Shown: in pieces, positions 24,859-38,108 of the stretch
Position numbering within the stretch: the first letter of the stretch is position 1
Layout of the letters: the number at the start of each line of letters is the position of its first letter
NCBI GenBank assembly: GCA_029717555.1
Contig: JAMDHS010000080.1
Coordinates: forward strand, 1 to 64,000
Direction of reading: 5' to 3'
Length of the DNA: 64,000 bases
Source: Peribolospora baueri
Taxonomy: Eukaryota
Notes under the pieces: model-generated
What the model was told of the DNA's origin: nothing
Database searches by the model: none
What the model saw: only the letters and a program-made list of their open reading frames with translations
Position numbers and translations under genes: made by a program

Positions 24859-26648
24859 TCAGATGTTAGCCCTCGCCAAGGCGACCTGCTCATCCAGCTT
24901 CCTCTTCGCGTCCCCACCTTTGCCGCCGTCGCCGCGAACCTCATTGGCCGTTCCCGAAATATCTATCACCACCTTGCCGATCCGGCCCAGCTGCGGGTTC
25001 TTGAGAAGCTCGAACCCTTTGTCGGCCGATTCCAGTCCGGACAGGACTGTATCCACGACGGGGACGAAGCGGTGCTCGGCGAGGAAGGAGACTGCGGCGA
25101 GGAAGTCGGCGCGCGAGCCCATCGTCGATCCTGGGAAAGGCGGAAGGGAATATAAAGAGGAGAGTGTGTCAGCGGGGAGCACTATCCATCCATACGGTCA
25201 TTTCACGAGAGCGAAGGCAAGGGGAGAGGAATTAAGGCGCAAAACGGTCCACGCCACGCCTACTTCTCACCCTTGAGCTCCACGTTCTTGAGGACCTCCC
25301 TCATGGTGAACGTCATCTTGGGCGCGACGGTCATGCCATAGCACACAACACGAGCGCCCGAGCGGAGCATCTTGCTCGTCTGCACTACGATGTCGCCACC
25401 TGCCGAGTCGAGCAAGACGTCGATGAAGGGGCGGTCTTGAGGGAGCAGCGAGGCAAGCTGCGAAGGCCATTTCTCTGCGCGCGTCGTAATGCCACGTCCA
25501 AACGGAAAAAGAGAGCGGGGTATGAGTGAACGGCCGTGCCATTATGTAGCGAGCAGAGATGAGCAAAGCGAGTAAACGGTAGGGGGCAGAGAAGAGGCAT
25601 TCGCTTCCTGCACATCGGTGTCTATGCCTCGAACTGTAACTGAACACCTTCCCCCGCGCCGCCCGACTCACCGTCCTTGTAGATGACGCCGCCCTTGGCG
25701 CCGAGCTGGACGGCCCTGTCAATCTTGTCCTTGGATCCGCTGGTCACAAACACATTGGCACCGACGGCGACGGCAAACTGCAACGCCAGGAGGGCGACGC
25801 CGCCTCCGACGCCGGTAATGAGCAGGTTGTGGCCGCGCGCGAGATTGCCCTTGACAAAAAGGGCGCTGTCGCGGGCAACGTGGGGCGGGACGGAGTGAGG
25901 AAAGGTCGGGGTGTAAAGGATGACGTGACAGACGGAAGGGCAAAATTGCAAGACGAAAAGAAAGTCCAGAACGGAAGAGGTAGATGTGATCAAAGTGCTG
26001 CCTCGACGCGACGGTCTCCCTCGCCGCCGCCGTCTCTCTCTCTGCCGCGGCATCTCCAGCCTTAGAAAAGCTTTAAACGCACCGATACGCCGTCACGCCA
26101 GCGGTAGGGAAGGCAGAGGCCTCAATGGCGGACAAGCCCTTGGGTACGGGCGCGACCTCGTCGCGGTCGACGACGACGTATTCTGCGAAGCAGCCGCCGT
26201 CGGCGGCGGTCGCCTTGTTGCCGCCCAGAATGCCGAAGCCATTCTTCCACTTGCCGGTGTAGCTCCGGAGGTTGGCCTCCGGGCCTTCAGCGTCGTCCGT
26301 CCAACCTCGGGTGGGGTTGAGCAAGACGACGTCGCCCTTCCCGACGCCTTGGGCTCCCGCTCCCGCTCCCGCCGCCGGCCCCACTTCGACCACCTCCCCA
26401 GCACCGTCGGAGCCCATGACGACATCGAACGCAAGGCCAGGGTAGAGTCCAGCCAAGCTCCACTCGTCCCGGCGGTTGAAGCTGGCTGCGTGGAGTTTGA
26501 CGAGCACCTGTCCCTCGCCCGGCACCGGCACTGGCCGGTCCGAGTGCACCTCGGCGGTGTGACGGACGGGGTCGCCCTTCTGCGCCGGCTGCGGGCCCTG
26601 GACCAGGACGAGGGCTTTCATCGTGGCAGGGTGGGAGGGGGATGACAT
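24859..26648 (-). CDS. MDR superfamily NAD(P)H oxidoreductase (quinone reductase / enoyl reductase-like)
   Basis: MKALVL, VLVKLHAASFNRRD, MGSDGAGEVV, FAEYV, FPTAGVTAYRA, LLITGVGGGVA, GSTMGS and GKVVI. Multi-exon. Confidence 0.9.
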
Positions 26649-26965
26649 GGTGGGTGCGTGAGAGGTGGTGTGGTAGATGAACGAAGAAAGACGATCTATG
26701 GCGTTGGAGGGAGTCGTAACCGGCTCATCGACGAGAAGACGACTGACTGTAAATGATCGGCGTGGCGTGGAGAAGAAGTGCGGGGCGTGGTCGATCGATT
26801 CCGTACTGACGGACGGGTTCGGGACGAATCGGCCCCGCAGGACAAAACCTCCGTAAATATCACGCCCATGATCATATTCCCTTCCTGTGGAGCGCCAGGA
26901 GGGACATTGTATATAACATTCCGAGCTCGGTTCCAAAGGATACTACATCTTTTTTGACGGCGGCG

Positions 26966-27003
26966 AGGGAAGGGAAGGGAAGGGAAGGGAAAGGAAAGGA
27001 AAG
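26966..27003. repeat. Compound (GGGAA)n/(GGAAA)n microsatellite
   Basis: Directly visible. Confidence 0.9.
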
Positions 27004-27247
27004 GAGCAATGCGATTGGGCGTCGGCGATGGATGCTGGGGATACAACGCCGGTCGGCGCTGGGACGCCGACCGGCGTAAGGGAAGCGAGGGAACCGTGTA
27101 GAAAGGGCAAACAGACGACGGCCGCCGAAGGTAGCCCCATAGAGAAAAAAAAAGCTAAAGTATCTTCACGTGGAGAAGAGGAAGCGACGAGGGCGGAGCG
27201 AAGTGCGCAAGCAGTGCAAGGGAAGCAGAACAGCACAACCGGCTCGC

Positions 27248-30200
27248 TCACACCCTCCTGTCATCCATCTCTATTACCTCGGCGTCCGACACTTTGTTGC
27301 CAGCACGGGAAGCGCCACCAGCGGCCGGCCTCCTAGCGGGTATTGTGCCGCCCGGCGTTCCGGAAGGCTGGTACGGTCCGGGCGTCTGGTAAGGCGCTGA
27401 GGCGGGTATCCACGGACGCTGTTGATGCTGCTGAGCGGAGCCGCGGGACGTGCTGCCGGGAGTGCCGACTGAAGGGGTGGTCAAGCCTGATCGGAAAGAA
27501 AAAGGACCTTCGTCGAAGACATCGAGCGTGGGCGCGTTTATGACATCACTAGCGTCGGTCAAGTGATAAGCCGGAGGCGGTACCCTTGAGGCGGTGCCCG
27601 TCGCGCTCGTCGAGCTTTTGCCGCGGTCCATCGCCTCGGCCTTGGCCGCATCCTCCTTGAGATCCTCCTTGTATTTGCTCGGCGGCCAAGGGGCGAGGAC
27701 GATCTTCTGCGTACCGTCGGCGTCGGGATCGCCCTTAGGGCCGAAGATTTCGAGCTCCTTCATAGATCGCTTAAGCGTGCACAAGAACTTGTTCCGGCGC
27801 AAGGTCTTGAGAGCCCCAGTCTGCCAATTGGACTTGTATCTGATGTCTATGCCTAGCGTCAGGGACTGCTGCTTCGCAAAGTCTTTCACCACAATGTCCA
27901 ATCCAGGCTGGAAGTCGCGCTTCTCTGACTCGACGAAGCGTAGCATGCTCTCGCGCAGAGCCTCGACCTGCTCGAACGTGGTCGAGTAGGCCACGTCGAA
28001 CTCGAACGTCTCCGTGATCGGGCCGCTTCGACGAAAGTTGACGATCGGTTTGAGGGCGAGGACGGAGTGCTGCATCTGAACGATTTGGCCGTCTCCGCGA
28101 CGGAAGACGGTGGAGAGGAGCTGGATCTCCTTGACAACGTACAAAGAATCGTCCCCGGGACTGCTCAGGGGTATAAAGAGAAGATCGGCTCGTCCACCAC
28201 CTGCGTCAGCACGTCGACCTTACGATAAACCCTGTGGACCCTGACGACGCTCCGCAGCTCACACTCACGCGAACATGACCGCATCCCCGACGTCATAGGG
28301 ATGTTTGGCAAAGACGAAGATGACGGAGAGAATGATCTCCTGTGCCGTCGTTCCTATTAACCACGATAGTCCAAGAATGATCGTGCCGAACGATGTGATC
28401 AGGGTCGAGAACTTGACGGACAGGAATGCGGCAATGATGACGGCCGCGACGAGGACTGCAAACGGAAACGGAGGGACATGCGCGTTATGCGACTCATCAT
28501 CAGCAGCCGCAGTGGACGCAGGGTGTCGAAACAGGCTGGCATGAACGCAAGAAGAGGCGCGAACAAAGGTCTAGGAACGCTTGCTCACCGTAGACGGACA
28601 TGAACAACTTGTCCACGTTCCCGACGGCCGAGTCGATGTCGCTCATGCTTCTCACGAGCGCGAGCCTCTCTCTATGAATGTCCATGAGGGCCATGTCGAT
28701 CTCCTCGCGCGTGATGTCGCCGTTGAGGTCCCTATCGAAGATCTCAAACGCCGCTTGGGCTGTGGCCTCGTTGGGGAAGCAGTGGCGGATGTCGCTCAAC
28801 TCAATGTAGTCCCGGCCAGGGGGTACGTAGGAGTAGTAGATCCGCCGTGCCAGTTGACGCGTCTGTTTGGCGGACGAGAGGGCCGAAGTGACGACGGATT
28901 GAGGTGAGTCTGCGCGGTACAGCGCACCGAAGCGGGAGCGAGGTAGGATTGACGAAGCGAGTACGGGGTCAGAAGGACGAGAACGGAAGAAACGGAGAGG
29001 GTGAGACGAAGCTCACTCGGCTGCAAGATGCTCTGGCCGGCGATCTCGCTAGCGATGTTGCCGAGCATGCTCGTGCTCTGCTGCACGACCTTTTTGGCGC
29101 CCTTCATGCCCTTCTTGACGCCCTTGGTAACGGTGGAGAGGCCGTCTCCGATGGCGTTGAACGGGTTCCGCCCTCTCTTGTCTCCAGCGCCCACCGCGTC
29201 GTACGTGTTCGGGTTGCCGAGCGAGTCCGACCGGTTCAGGTCGTTCCTCGAGCACTGGTAGAGCGCGGTGAGCGCCTTGATCTGAAACTTCTGCTTCTGG
29301 ATCCGGCTCTCGTAGCTCTTCTCGTGGAAGGTCCAGGCGATGACTTGGATCAAGAGCTTCTCCCCGAGGAGGATGGCGGCGCAGATCATGAAGCCGAGGA
29401 AGAATTGCCTGAACTGGAAAAGCGTGCTCTGGTCCGAGGTCAGGTCCGACGGGTTGGGGTTCTGCTTGCTCCGCGGCACCATGTGGTAGACGAGCGGCGT
29501 CCAGGAAACGTAGACGACGAGGGTCCAAAGGAAGAAGGCGAGGTAGCTCTCGCAGGCCCGGACATAGGCGATGTAGTGCTTCAGGCGGAGGACGATGATG
29601 CCGGCTGTGTTCGTAGCAATCAGCGGGCCTAACTTTGCGACGGCCCAAGCGGCCCACCAGCCAACCCAGAAAATGCTTAACCATATGGACCACCTGAAGG
29701 TTGGGAAACAGGAATGAGTCGGCGACGGATATGATGGGTTTGGCCTCGAGCGACGGACGAACAGGAGAAGTACGCACCAAAAGAGGCCGACGCTCCAGAC
29801 CGACGGCTCGGCAAACCTCTCCCCGGGATGTTGGCTGAGATGAGCGTCGTTGTCGCTCTTGAAGACGGTGAGCGCCAAGATACCAGGGATCCAGGAGAGG
29901 GCAAGGCCGGGAAGGATGTAGAGCGTCCAGCGGACGGCGATGTTGCTATCGAGTAGCCAGAGGATCGACCTGCAAGAACGAGGATGTTAGAGATGAGAAG
30001 TGCAACACCGGGTGAGTTATCGCTTCCTGCTGGGCTCGTTTCCAAGGAGCATGCCGCCCATCCCCGCGGTGCTGTCCGAGTTCAAGAAAAGAGCGTCGTG
30101 ATCGCCCACCTGGCGAGCTTGGAGTCGGGAGCGTCACCCTCAGCGTACCGGAGCACCTCGTGCTCGGCATACGCGGGATCGTAGGCGCCGCCGGCGGAGG

Positions 30201-30567
30201 ACCCACCCCTGCTCGAGCCATGACGGTCGTGTCCGGGCAGCGAGGCCGAGATCGAGCCCGGCGCGGGTGTGAATGGAGGGGGTGGCCGCGTGCCGGTGGG
30301 GAGGCCACCGTGTGGTGAAGGGGGGCCGTGGGCTAGGCGGGAGAGCGACGCCGCGCAGGCGCCCTTCTCGCTGGTGAGGTCATAGGCGGTGAGCACGTCG
30401 TCGTCCTCGCTTCCCTCAAAGGCCTCAAAGTAGCCGGCGCCGCCAGCGCCGTGGCCGGCTACAGCTCGAGGGCGGAGAGGATCGGTGACGTCGGAGTGGG
30501 CAGGGATGAGGTTGAGGCGGGAGGCGGAAGCTGGCGTGCTGGAGGGATAAGGCTCGCGATAGGACAT
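27248..30567 (-). CDS. MscS-like mechanosensitive channel with EF-hand (Msy1/Msy2 family)
   Basis: [27 protein letters not shown]-hand [47 protein letters not shown] and YKSNWQ...RRNKF. Several TM segments. Confidence 0.93.
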
Positions 30568-31495
30568 GGAAGGGACCGTAGAAAAAGACAAAAAAAAAAG
30601 GGGGGGTGGGTATAAGAGCGCGGGGCGTGACCGGGGACGGGGTGGAGTCAGGGGGCAGTGGAGGCGGAAGAAAGGAGAGTGATCGTCGGTCGGCTCCCGA
30701 GAACGGCGACGACGACGGCGTCGGCGGCGGCGGGGTGGTGGTGATGGTGGTGGTGGTGGTGGAACGAGGGCAAGAGAGTGCGAGGCGGGCGAGGCGCGAA
30801 GAGAAGAAGCGGGCGGCGCGCCTGGCCGGGCGGCCGAGCGAGCGTGGCTGGCTGGAGTTGTCAGATACAATCCAGCGACGCCAGCCTGCGCACGGACTAC
30901 GTCCGGGGTTGGTCACGTGATCCATATAAAGAGCGTTGCTAGGGGTGGTTAGGGGCCGCCGGAAGGAGATGGAAGGCGCGTGAGTGACACAGATAGATGC
31001 CACGCTGCAGGCCCGCTTGGTCACCACATCCGACCAACTTCCACCAGCAGGCGGCATCCGCTTCAGGATGCGCAACGAGTCGAGCGAGGCGGCGCATGGA
31101 CGTGCTGAACTGGCTTTATGTCACTTATCGTAACGTACAACCGCGCGTGTGAATGGGGAGGAAAGAGACGACGGCTCTCGCGGATCCGAGACAAGCGAAG
31201 AGAAGAGCGAGCGCACGAGCCGGCCGGAAGAGAGAGGAAGAGAGCATGTCGCCGAAGGACCGAACCCCGAGAAACCGAATCGAAGGACAGGAGTGAGGAA
31301 GGAAGGGGGAAGGACCAAACCGCCCGATGGAGTGCGAACGGATGAACGGCGAGAGAACGACGGGTCGCAATAGAATAACCAGAGAAAACGGGCAAGTCAA
31401 AAGAAAGTCCAACCATCTAACCGTCCAAAGATCCAAACACAGGCAAGAAAGGGAATACGAGCAAGAGACAAACTCATAAGGCAGGCATGAGGCCC

Positions 31496-34400
31496 CTAGG
31501 CCGCACCGCCGCCGGCGGCAGCGGCAGCGGCGGCAGCAGCGACGGCCGGCCCGCCCTCCTCCGACCCCATGGCGCGCTGCAAGCCGAGGTCGACGACGTC
31601 CAACCACCTCATCAGCTCGTCTACCGCCCGCGACAGCTCGTTGTGCACATCTTCAGCGCTGACCAGTTCAGAGTAATCCAACGGACGTAAGCGCGGGCCG
31701 TTCGGGAACAGGCCCGTCCCCATCGACGCCCCTCCTCCTGCTCCGGCTCCCGCCCCCGCTCCAGCTGCTGAAAGCGGCGCTGCTGCCGACGCCGAGGACG
31801 CCGCTGCGGAAGAGGCACCGCCGACCAACGCTGGAGCGGTTGTGGGACCGGAGCTTGGCGGGGTCGCATGCGGCGTTATGGAGCCATTCGTAAAGGGGCC
31901 TTGTCGGGTTGTAGGACTCGACGTCGTCGCGCTTCCGCCTCCGCCAACGCCCGAGGAAGCTAGTGGCGTAGAACCCGCGTCTAGCGTCTGCGCCTGAGCC
32001 ATGGGGTCCAGCCCTCCCCCTCCTCCCAAGCCGTTCACCGACTCTATCTGCTCCGGTAACGTCGACGAGGGCGTGTGTGATTGCGCAAGAGGGGATGGAG
32101 ACGGCACGCCTGGTGAGCCATGCGGGAAATGAAAGCGCGTCCCCCCAGACGCGGCCGGAGATGGCGGCAGGAGGTCGTTCTTCGCCAAGTCTGGCATGGG
32201 CGCTGAGAGCTGCTTTCGAAAGTGCATAAATTACGATGACGTTCTCGTCAGCTTGTAGTCCTAGGTCCTTGTCTAGGCGTACCCCTACGCGCAGAAAAGA
32301 ACGAACAGGGAGAGTAACGTGAAAAGACGACGCCACTAGGCTCACCTTCAAAACATCCTTGAGACCCAGACCCGCTTGCGCCGGAAGCGGCCGAGGCTTC
32401 AAGCCCACCGTGTCCACGCTCTGGCCGCTCCTGCTTCCGCTCCTGCTCCTGCTCATGCTGATAGGCATTGGCGTCCGCGAGGCGGGGGAGGGCAAAGGCG
32501 TTCCTCCACTACCACCGCCGCCGCTGCCGCCACTACCACCACCACTACCGCTTCCGCCCACTACAGATGTGCTCGACGAGACAGTCGCGCCCGAAACAGA
32601 CATACCCGAAAAGCTAGCAGCCGGAGAGTGTCCGGTGCTCGACGAGCCGCTCCTAGAGTAATCCGAGAGCGGTACGCCCAGTGAGCTCGCGCCCAGATTG
32701 GAGCTGGCGGCGGCAGAAGAGGTGGAAGCGAGCGTGGGAAGATAGTCGCCCCCAGAGCCCATGGCCGTGTTGGCGCGCATCATCTTGGGCGTGGCCGACC
32801 TGTCCGTCGCCGTTGCAGAACGTACAGTGTTCGTGCTACTCGCAGGCGGTTCAGGGGGGAAAACGAAGTTTCGAGCACCAGTGCGGCCGACGGTTGCATC
32901 AAAGCTACGGTCCGGTGTCGTCGTGCTACTGGCAGGTGCGCTCGGAGGCGGCGGCGGAAACTGGAAATTGCGGGCAGCGGCCTTGCCGACCGTGGCATCG
33001 ACGTCGATCTGCGTTGGGGCCGCCGAAGCCTTGCTTCCGACGGCCATGTCGAACTCTCGGTCTGGAGTGTTCGTGTTGCTAACAGGCGTGCTAGGAGATG
33101 GGGGCGGAAACTGGTTTCCGACAGTGGTGTCCATGTCGATCTGCGCCAAAGGAGGGGACGCCGGCGGTGCGTCTGGCATTTGGAACCCTCGAGCAGCTGC
33201 CTTTCCGACGGTGGCGTCCATGTCGATCTGTGCCAAAGGGGGCGACGTCGGCCGTGCGTCCGGCATTTGCAGACCCAACCCTTGACTTTGAACTCGACTC
33301 CAGTCAGGTAGGTCGCTGGGGACGGCTGCGGTGTTGACATCGTCGAACAGCCGGAGCAGAGGATGATCGCGCAGCGGTCCATTAGTCGCCGTGGGTGGTT
33401 CTGAACCTACGTCCTCCTCGTCCTCGTCTGCCAAGAAATCGTTTCGAAGGGTGTTGAATACCCAGCCATCGTCTGTTTCCTTTCCGTCCAGCGCAAAAGA
33501 ATCTCGGTTACTCCCTTCCCCGAGCCCAGCGCCGACAAGGCTCATTCGCATCCCGCCCTGCTTTGTCCAAGTGCTTAATCTGGTGATCAACTCCTTCAGC
33601 ACCGACGTCGACGTCTTGGACGAAGCTTTGATCCACTTGGTCTTCGCCAGTTCATCCGCGTTGAGACGCTGCGACGATTAGATGAAACACACTTCAGCGG
33701 CGCTCGGGCTTCATACCGCGCAAGCCAACCAATGGAGAGAAAAGACTCACGTCCTTGGGTTCTTCCTCCAAGCAGGCGGCCGCAAAATCTCGCATTCCCT
33801 GGCTCCAGACCAGCGTCTCACTATTTTCTTCCCGCTTTTCCGGAAGCCGTGGTGGCTTTTGGCGCGGGATTGTCCAGATGGCTTTCATCTGTTCCATTTC
33901 CGCCAATGGCGGATTGCCCATGGCGATCTCATATAGCGTTATGCCCAAGCTCCAGATGTCCGCGGATTGGTCATATGTCCGTCCGTCTTGGATAACCTCC
34001 GGAGCCATCCAGTAGGGTGTGCCCACAAAGGTCGAGCGCTTGGAATGAACAGATGAGGAAGACAGCGTGGCGGCCACACCGAAGTCGCAGAGCAGGACTC
34101 TGCCAGTTTGCGTCACGAGGACATTCGCCGCTGGGAGGAAGAAGGCGAAGTATGCAAAAAATCAGAAGATGAGCAGTATGACGATCCCCCGTGGGACCGC
34201 GTCTCACCTTTGATGTCGCGGTGAATGATATTAGACTTGTGTAGGTAGCTCAACGCTACAAGCACCTCCCGCATAATCACGACCATGTACTTCTCCGCGA
34301 TGGGACCAGCTTTCATCTACAAGGAGAATAATGATGACAATCGGAACGAGCAGGGAAAGCATTCAACACTAAGGTGAATCGCTCGCTCCATCGACACGTC

Positions 34401-34716
34401 TGCTCACCAAAGTCCGCACGCTCCCTCCGCTCGCGAAGTCCATCACGATCCACAACTCTGCATTCTTGAGCCAGCAGCCCCAATAGCGTACCACGTTCTT
34501 GTCCGAGCCATCGCGCAGCTGGCTCAGCAGCGCGACCTCCCGTTGAATGTCCGACACATCGTCTTCTGGCGTATCGAGGTTGACGATCTTCAGTGCGACC
34601 TGAGTCCGCGTGGGCATGTGCTCTCCCCTGTACACAGAGCCATAGGCGCCCTTGCCCACAAGCTCGAGTTTGCGAAACTGGACGTGGACTGGTGGCGAGC
34701 GCGGTCGTGCGGTCAT
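31496..34716 (-). CDS. KIC1: STE20/GCK family Ser/Thr kinase, Kic1/Nak1-like (RAM/MOR network)
   Basis: VGKGAYGSVY, VALKIVNLDTPEDDVSDIQREVALL, IIHRDIK, LCDFGVAA, KRSTFVGTPYWMAPEV and a C-terminal helix LRPLDYSEL...WLDVVDLGL. Confidence 0.88.
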
Positions 34717-35275
34717 GGTGTGTGGAGAGGACCGGGAGGAGGCCGACAGCCCGACACGGGACAGCTTCGGCTACCGCTTCAGTCGAGCGGCCCAGAGTCC
34801 ACCCAGCGCCGGCGCACGACAGAAAGGCGGCTTTGTAGGAGATAGCAGTCCCTATGTGTATGGCAGTAGCGAGGATTATGGAAATCAAAATTCAAAGGCA
34901 ATTGTAGCCACTTGGTCGACTGGAAAGTCCCTCCCTCGTCGCCTCGTCTAGTGACTGCTGGAGGGATTGCCCCAAGTCGTGTGCGTGCGTGAAACGGTAA
35001 CGGTGTCGGACCTGCCGGTATTGGAGCGCAAGCTGTACCTGTTCTGCTGTTTGCCGACCCGCCCGTCCGTTGACTGGAGCTGGCTCAGCTCGCCTTAGTC
35101 GTCGTTATCGTCGTCGTCGTCGTCGTCGCCCGCCAAATTATTCGGACGAGCCCCGTCGGCGACCTGGCTTGGGACGATCGAGCCGCTTATCTCCGCGCCC
35201 CTCTTCTCAATTTACGGACTCCCATCGTGCAAACATTGGTGAAGGCTACCTCGATAAGGGAGAGTGACATCCAAG

Positions 35276-37849
35276 ATGATCAACTACAGCCATGACACGG
35301 CCTACAGCCATGACAAGGCCCCCAGGCCCAAGCCAGCACCAGAATTTCAGGCCATTGTTTTTGCCGGCTTTGGCAGCAAGTGAGTTCGTCTCCGCCGTTG
35401 TGTCCATCACTGGCTTCGTTTTGACCGTTCGTTATTCCTTGGCGATCATCGTGCAGCCTCTATCCTTTGACAGAGGAGGACAACCTGCCCAAAGCTCTTC
35501 TTCCCATCGGAAGTCGGCCCATGATTGCCTACACTCTCCAGTGGCTGCTAGATGCTGGCATTCGAGGTGCGACGGCAATCTTGATGCCGATCGCCGCGCA
35601 TCCAAAGTCTCCACCCTGCTCATTGGTTACGGTCCTCTCTCCTTGCCCTCTTCAGATGCCCTCGTCCTCGCTCCCGCGTCGTCTCACTCAGTGCTAACGG
35701 CGGCGCTTCGCTCTCAAGAGCTTGCCCTTCCAGAATCCTTCAATACTTCCTCCAAGTCCACGAAAGCTACTGCCTCGGCCGGTCCCACAAGGCGACAGAT
35801 CTATGTCGGTTCAGATCGAGACGCAGAAGCGGCTAAGGAGTCTGCAGTTCGGGTCGAGCTCGTCGGACTGGGTCCTGTAGAGGAGGATGAAAAGGCAGAC
35901 GCGCCTACCTCTGGGAAGCCTGTCCGCAGACGGGGACCATTGGGCACCGCTGATTTGCTCAGGTGGTTAGCAGACGAGGGTCGACTTGTGGTCAGTAGCT
36001 TTGGAAGCTTTGTTTGCTCGTGAAAGCTTGTCGACTGAGGCATCGGTTCCGTGTTGACATGTCTTTTCGCGCCTCACGTTTTTTGCTGCAGGCCGATCCG
36101 CTTCTTCTTCCTGTGGACATCGTCGCTTCCTCATCCACGCCGCTCTCAACCCTTCTCGACCTCCATCGCTCTCGCTGCCTTCCCGAGTCGCCGACCGTCA
36201 CCGCTTTTTTTTATGAGAGGGGAGCTGGTGAAGGCACAGGAAAGGAAAGGGAGAAGGAAGGGCCATCTCAGCTTTTCGTCGCGCACGACGAGAAGACCGG
36301 TCATTTGCTTTGGATCAAGGATGCGGATAACATTGATGATGAAATTGAACTGCGGATGAGCATGCTTTGGAAGTAAGTTTCGGTGATCCGAGTGAGCTGC
36401 TTTGCAGTTGACTGACTGCTTTGGTGCGCGTCTTGTCGCAGATACCCCGCCACGCACTTGTCGACCTTGCTCCTCGACTCCTCCGTCTACATATTTAATC
36501 GCGCCTCAGTCCTTCCTCTCCTTTCTGCGCACCCGGAAATTTCATCCATCCGTGAAGAGCTCGTCCCATTTCTGGTCAAATGCGGCTGGCAAGGCGGACT
36601 TCGGCAGAAATTCGGCTGGCGAGAGACAAGCAAGGGTCGAGACATGTTAGGATCGCTGGCGCTCGAAAAGAGCAGTACGTATGCTCCTCAGAGGGTGCCT
36701 CATCTGGGTCCGGGAGTGCCCGTGGATCACCGCGGTGGCATAAACGCGGCCAGCGGACCGAAACCTCCAACGGCGCTGAACTCCGTAGCGCCATCCATCC
36801 CCGCCACTCCATTCACCTCCCGCCCTCCATCGCCTTCTCGTAGGGGATCGGTAGACAGAATCGGTGGTGAAGCGGGAGGCACAGGCGCTGCCTCTTCTTC
36901 TTCGACATCTTTGGAAGAAGATTATCCCTATACTCAGTGCCCTGTACTCGTCCACCGCCTTTCTGAAGGTTTCTTCCTCCGCGCCAACACCATACCCACT
37001 TACCTCGAAGCCAATCGGTTCGTCCTCAAAGATCAAGCCGCAAATGGTCCTGTAGTGAGCGCTACAGCTAATCCTTCCGCCGCCACTGGCGGCGTCCCCG
37101 CGCAGACGAGCGCCTCTCCGAGCGCGGCCCAGCTCTCTCAGTCGCCGACGACGAGCTCTGTCTCGGTCCTGAGCTCCGGCTCAGCACCTCAAGCGCTGAA
37201 TCTCGACGCTTCACCCTTGATCGATCCGCGTGCACAGCTGTCGGCAGACAGTGTAGTGGGGCACGGAAGTCGGATAGGCGAGAGAACGAGCTTGAAGAGA
37301 TCCGTCATCGGAAGGGGTTGCGCTGTCGAGAGGAACGTCAGGCTCACGGGATGCGTCGTTATGGACGGGGTCACTATCCGGGAGGGGTGAGTGATCGGCC
37401 TCCGGTCTCTCTTTCAATTCACTTGCTGCATTCCGTTTCACCGACCATACATCAGAGGTGGCCATTCAGTAAGGGGAACAACAATGACGCATTTCTGACA
37501 AGTTTTCTTCATGCCTTCATTCCGCTCTCCACTTCTGCGTTCCCATGCGCACACTCTCCAGTGCCAAGCTGGAAAACTGCATCGTTTGCAAGCACGCCGT
37601 GATCGGGGAGCGCGCACAACTCAAGGACGTCGACGTGGGTGCAGGGTACAACGTGATGGCGGACAGTGAGTTGGGTCGAGGAGCGGGCCTTTCCTCCTTG
37701 CTCGTGCGATCTTTGTTCGGCCGATGAAGGATCGGGTTGACTGATCGTGAGTTTACTGGGTTCGATCGTCCGATGCCCTCTTCCCATTTTCTGATACAAC
37801 AGCGATGGCCAAGAACGAGAAGCTCATCAACTTCCATGAGGATGAGTAG
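35276..37849 (+). CDS. GCD1: Translation initiation factor eIF2B subunit gamma
   Basis: EFQAIVFAGFGSN|LYPL, LPKALLPIGSRPMIAYTLQWL, LGTADLLR, LRMSMLWKYP and RANT..YLEANR. C-terminal left-handed beta-helix (IGERTSLKRSVIG, LENCIV). Confidence 0.9.
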
Positions 37850-38108
37850 AACGGCATGGCGCTGGAGGCTGTCGTGCTCAATGGCGGAAATCGAACGCTC
37901 CAATCAGACCTCCCGGCTTCATTGGCAGATTGAAGAGAGGGAAGCCGAACGAAATAGCAGGCCCTTCGTTCCGACGTTTCACACAAGACCCAAGACCCCT
38001 TCGAATGCGTGCAATGTAATCAGTTCCATGGCGAGCCGACAATCCGTAACCACCCATCGCAAGATTCCGGCGTGAATGAGACCAGTAAAGAACCGGCAGC
38101 CAGTGGCT

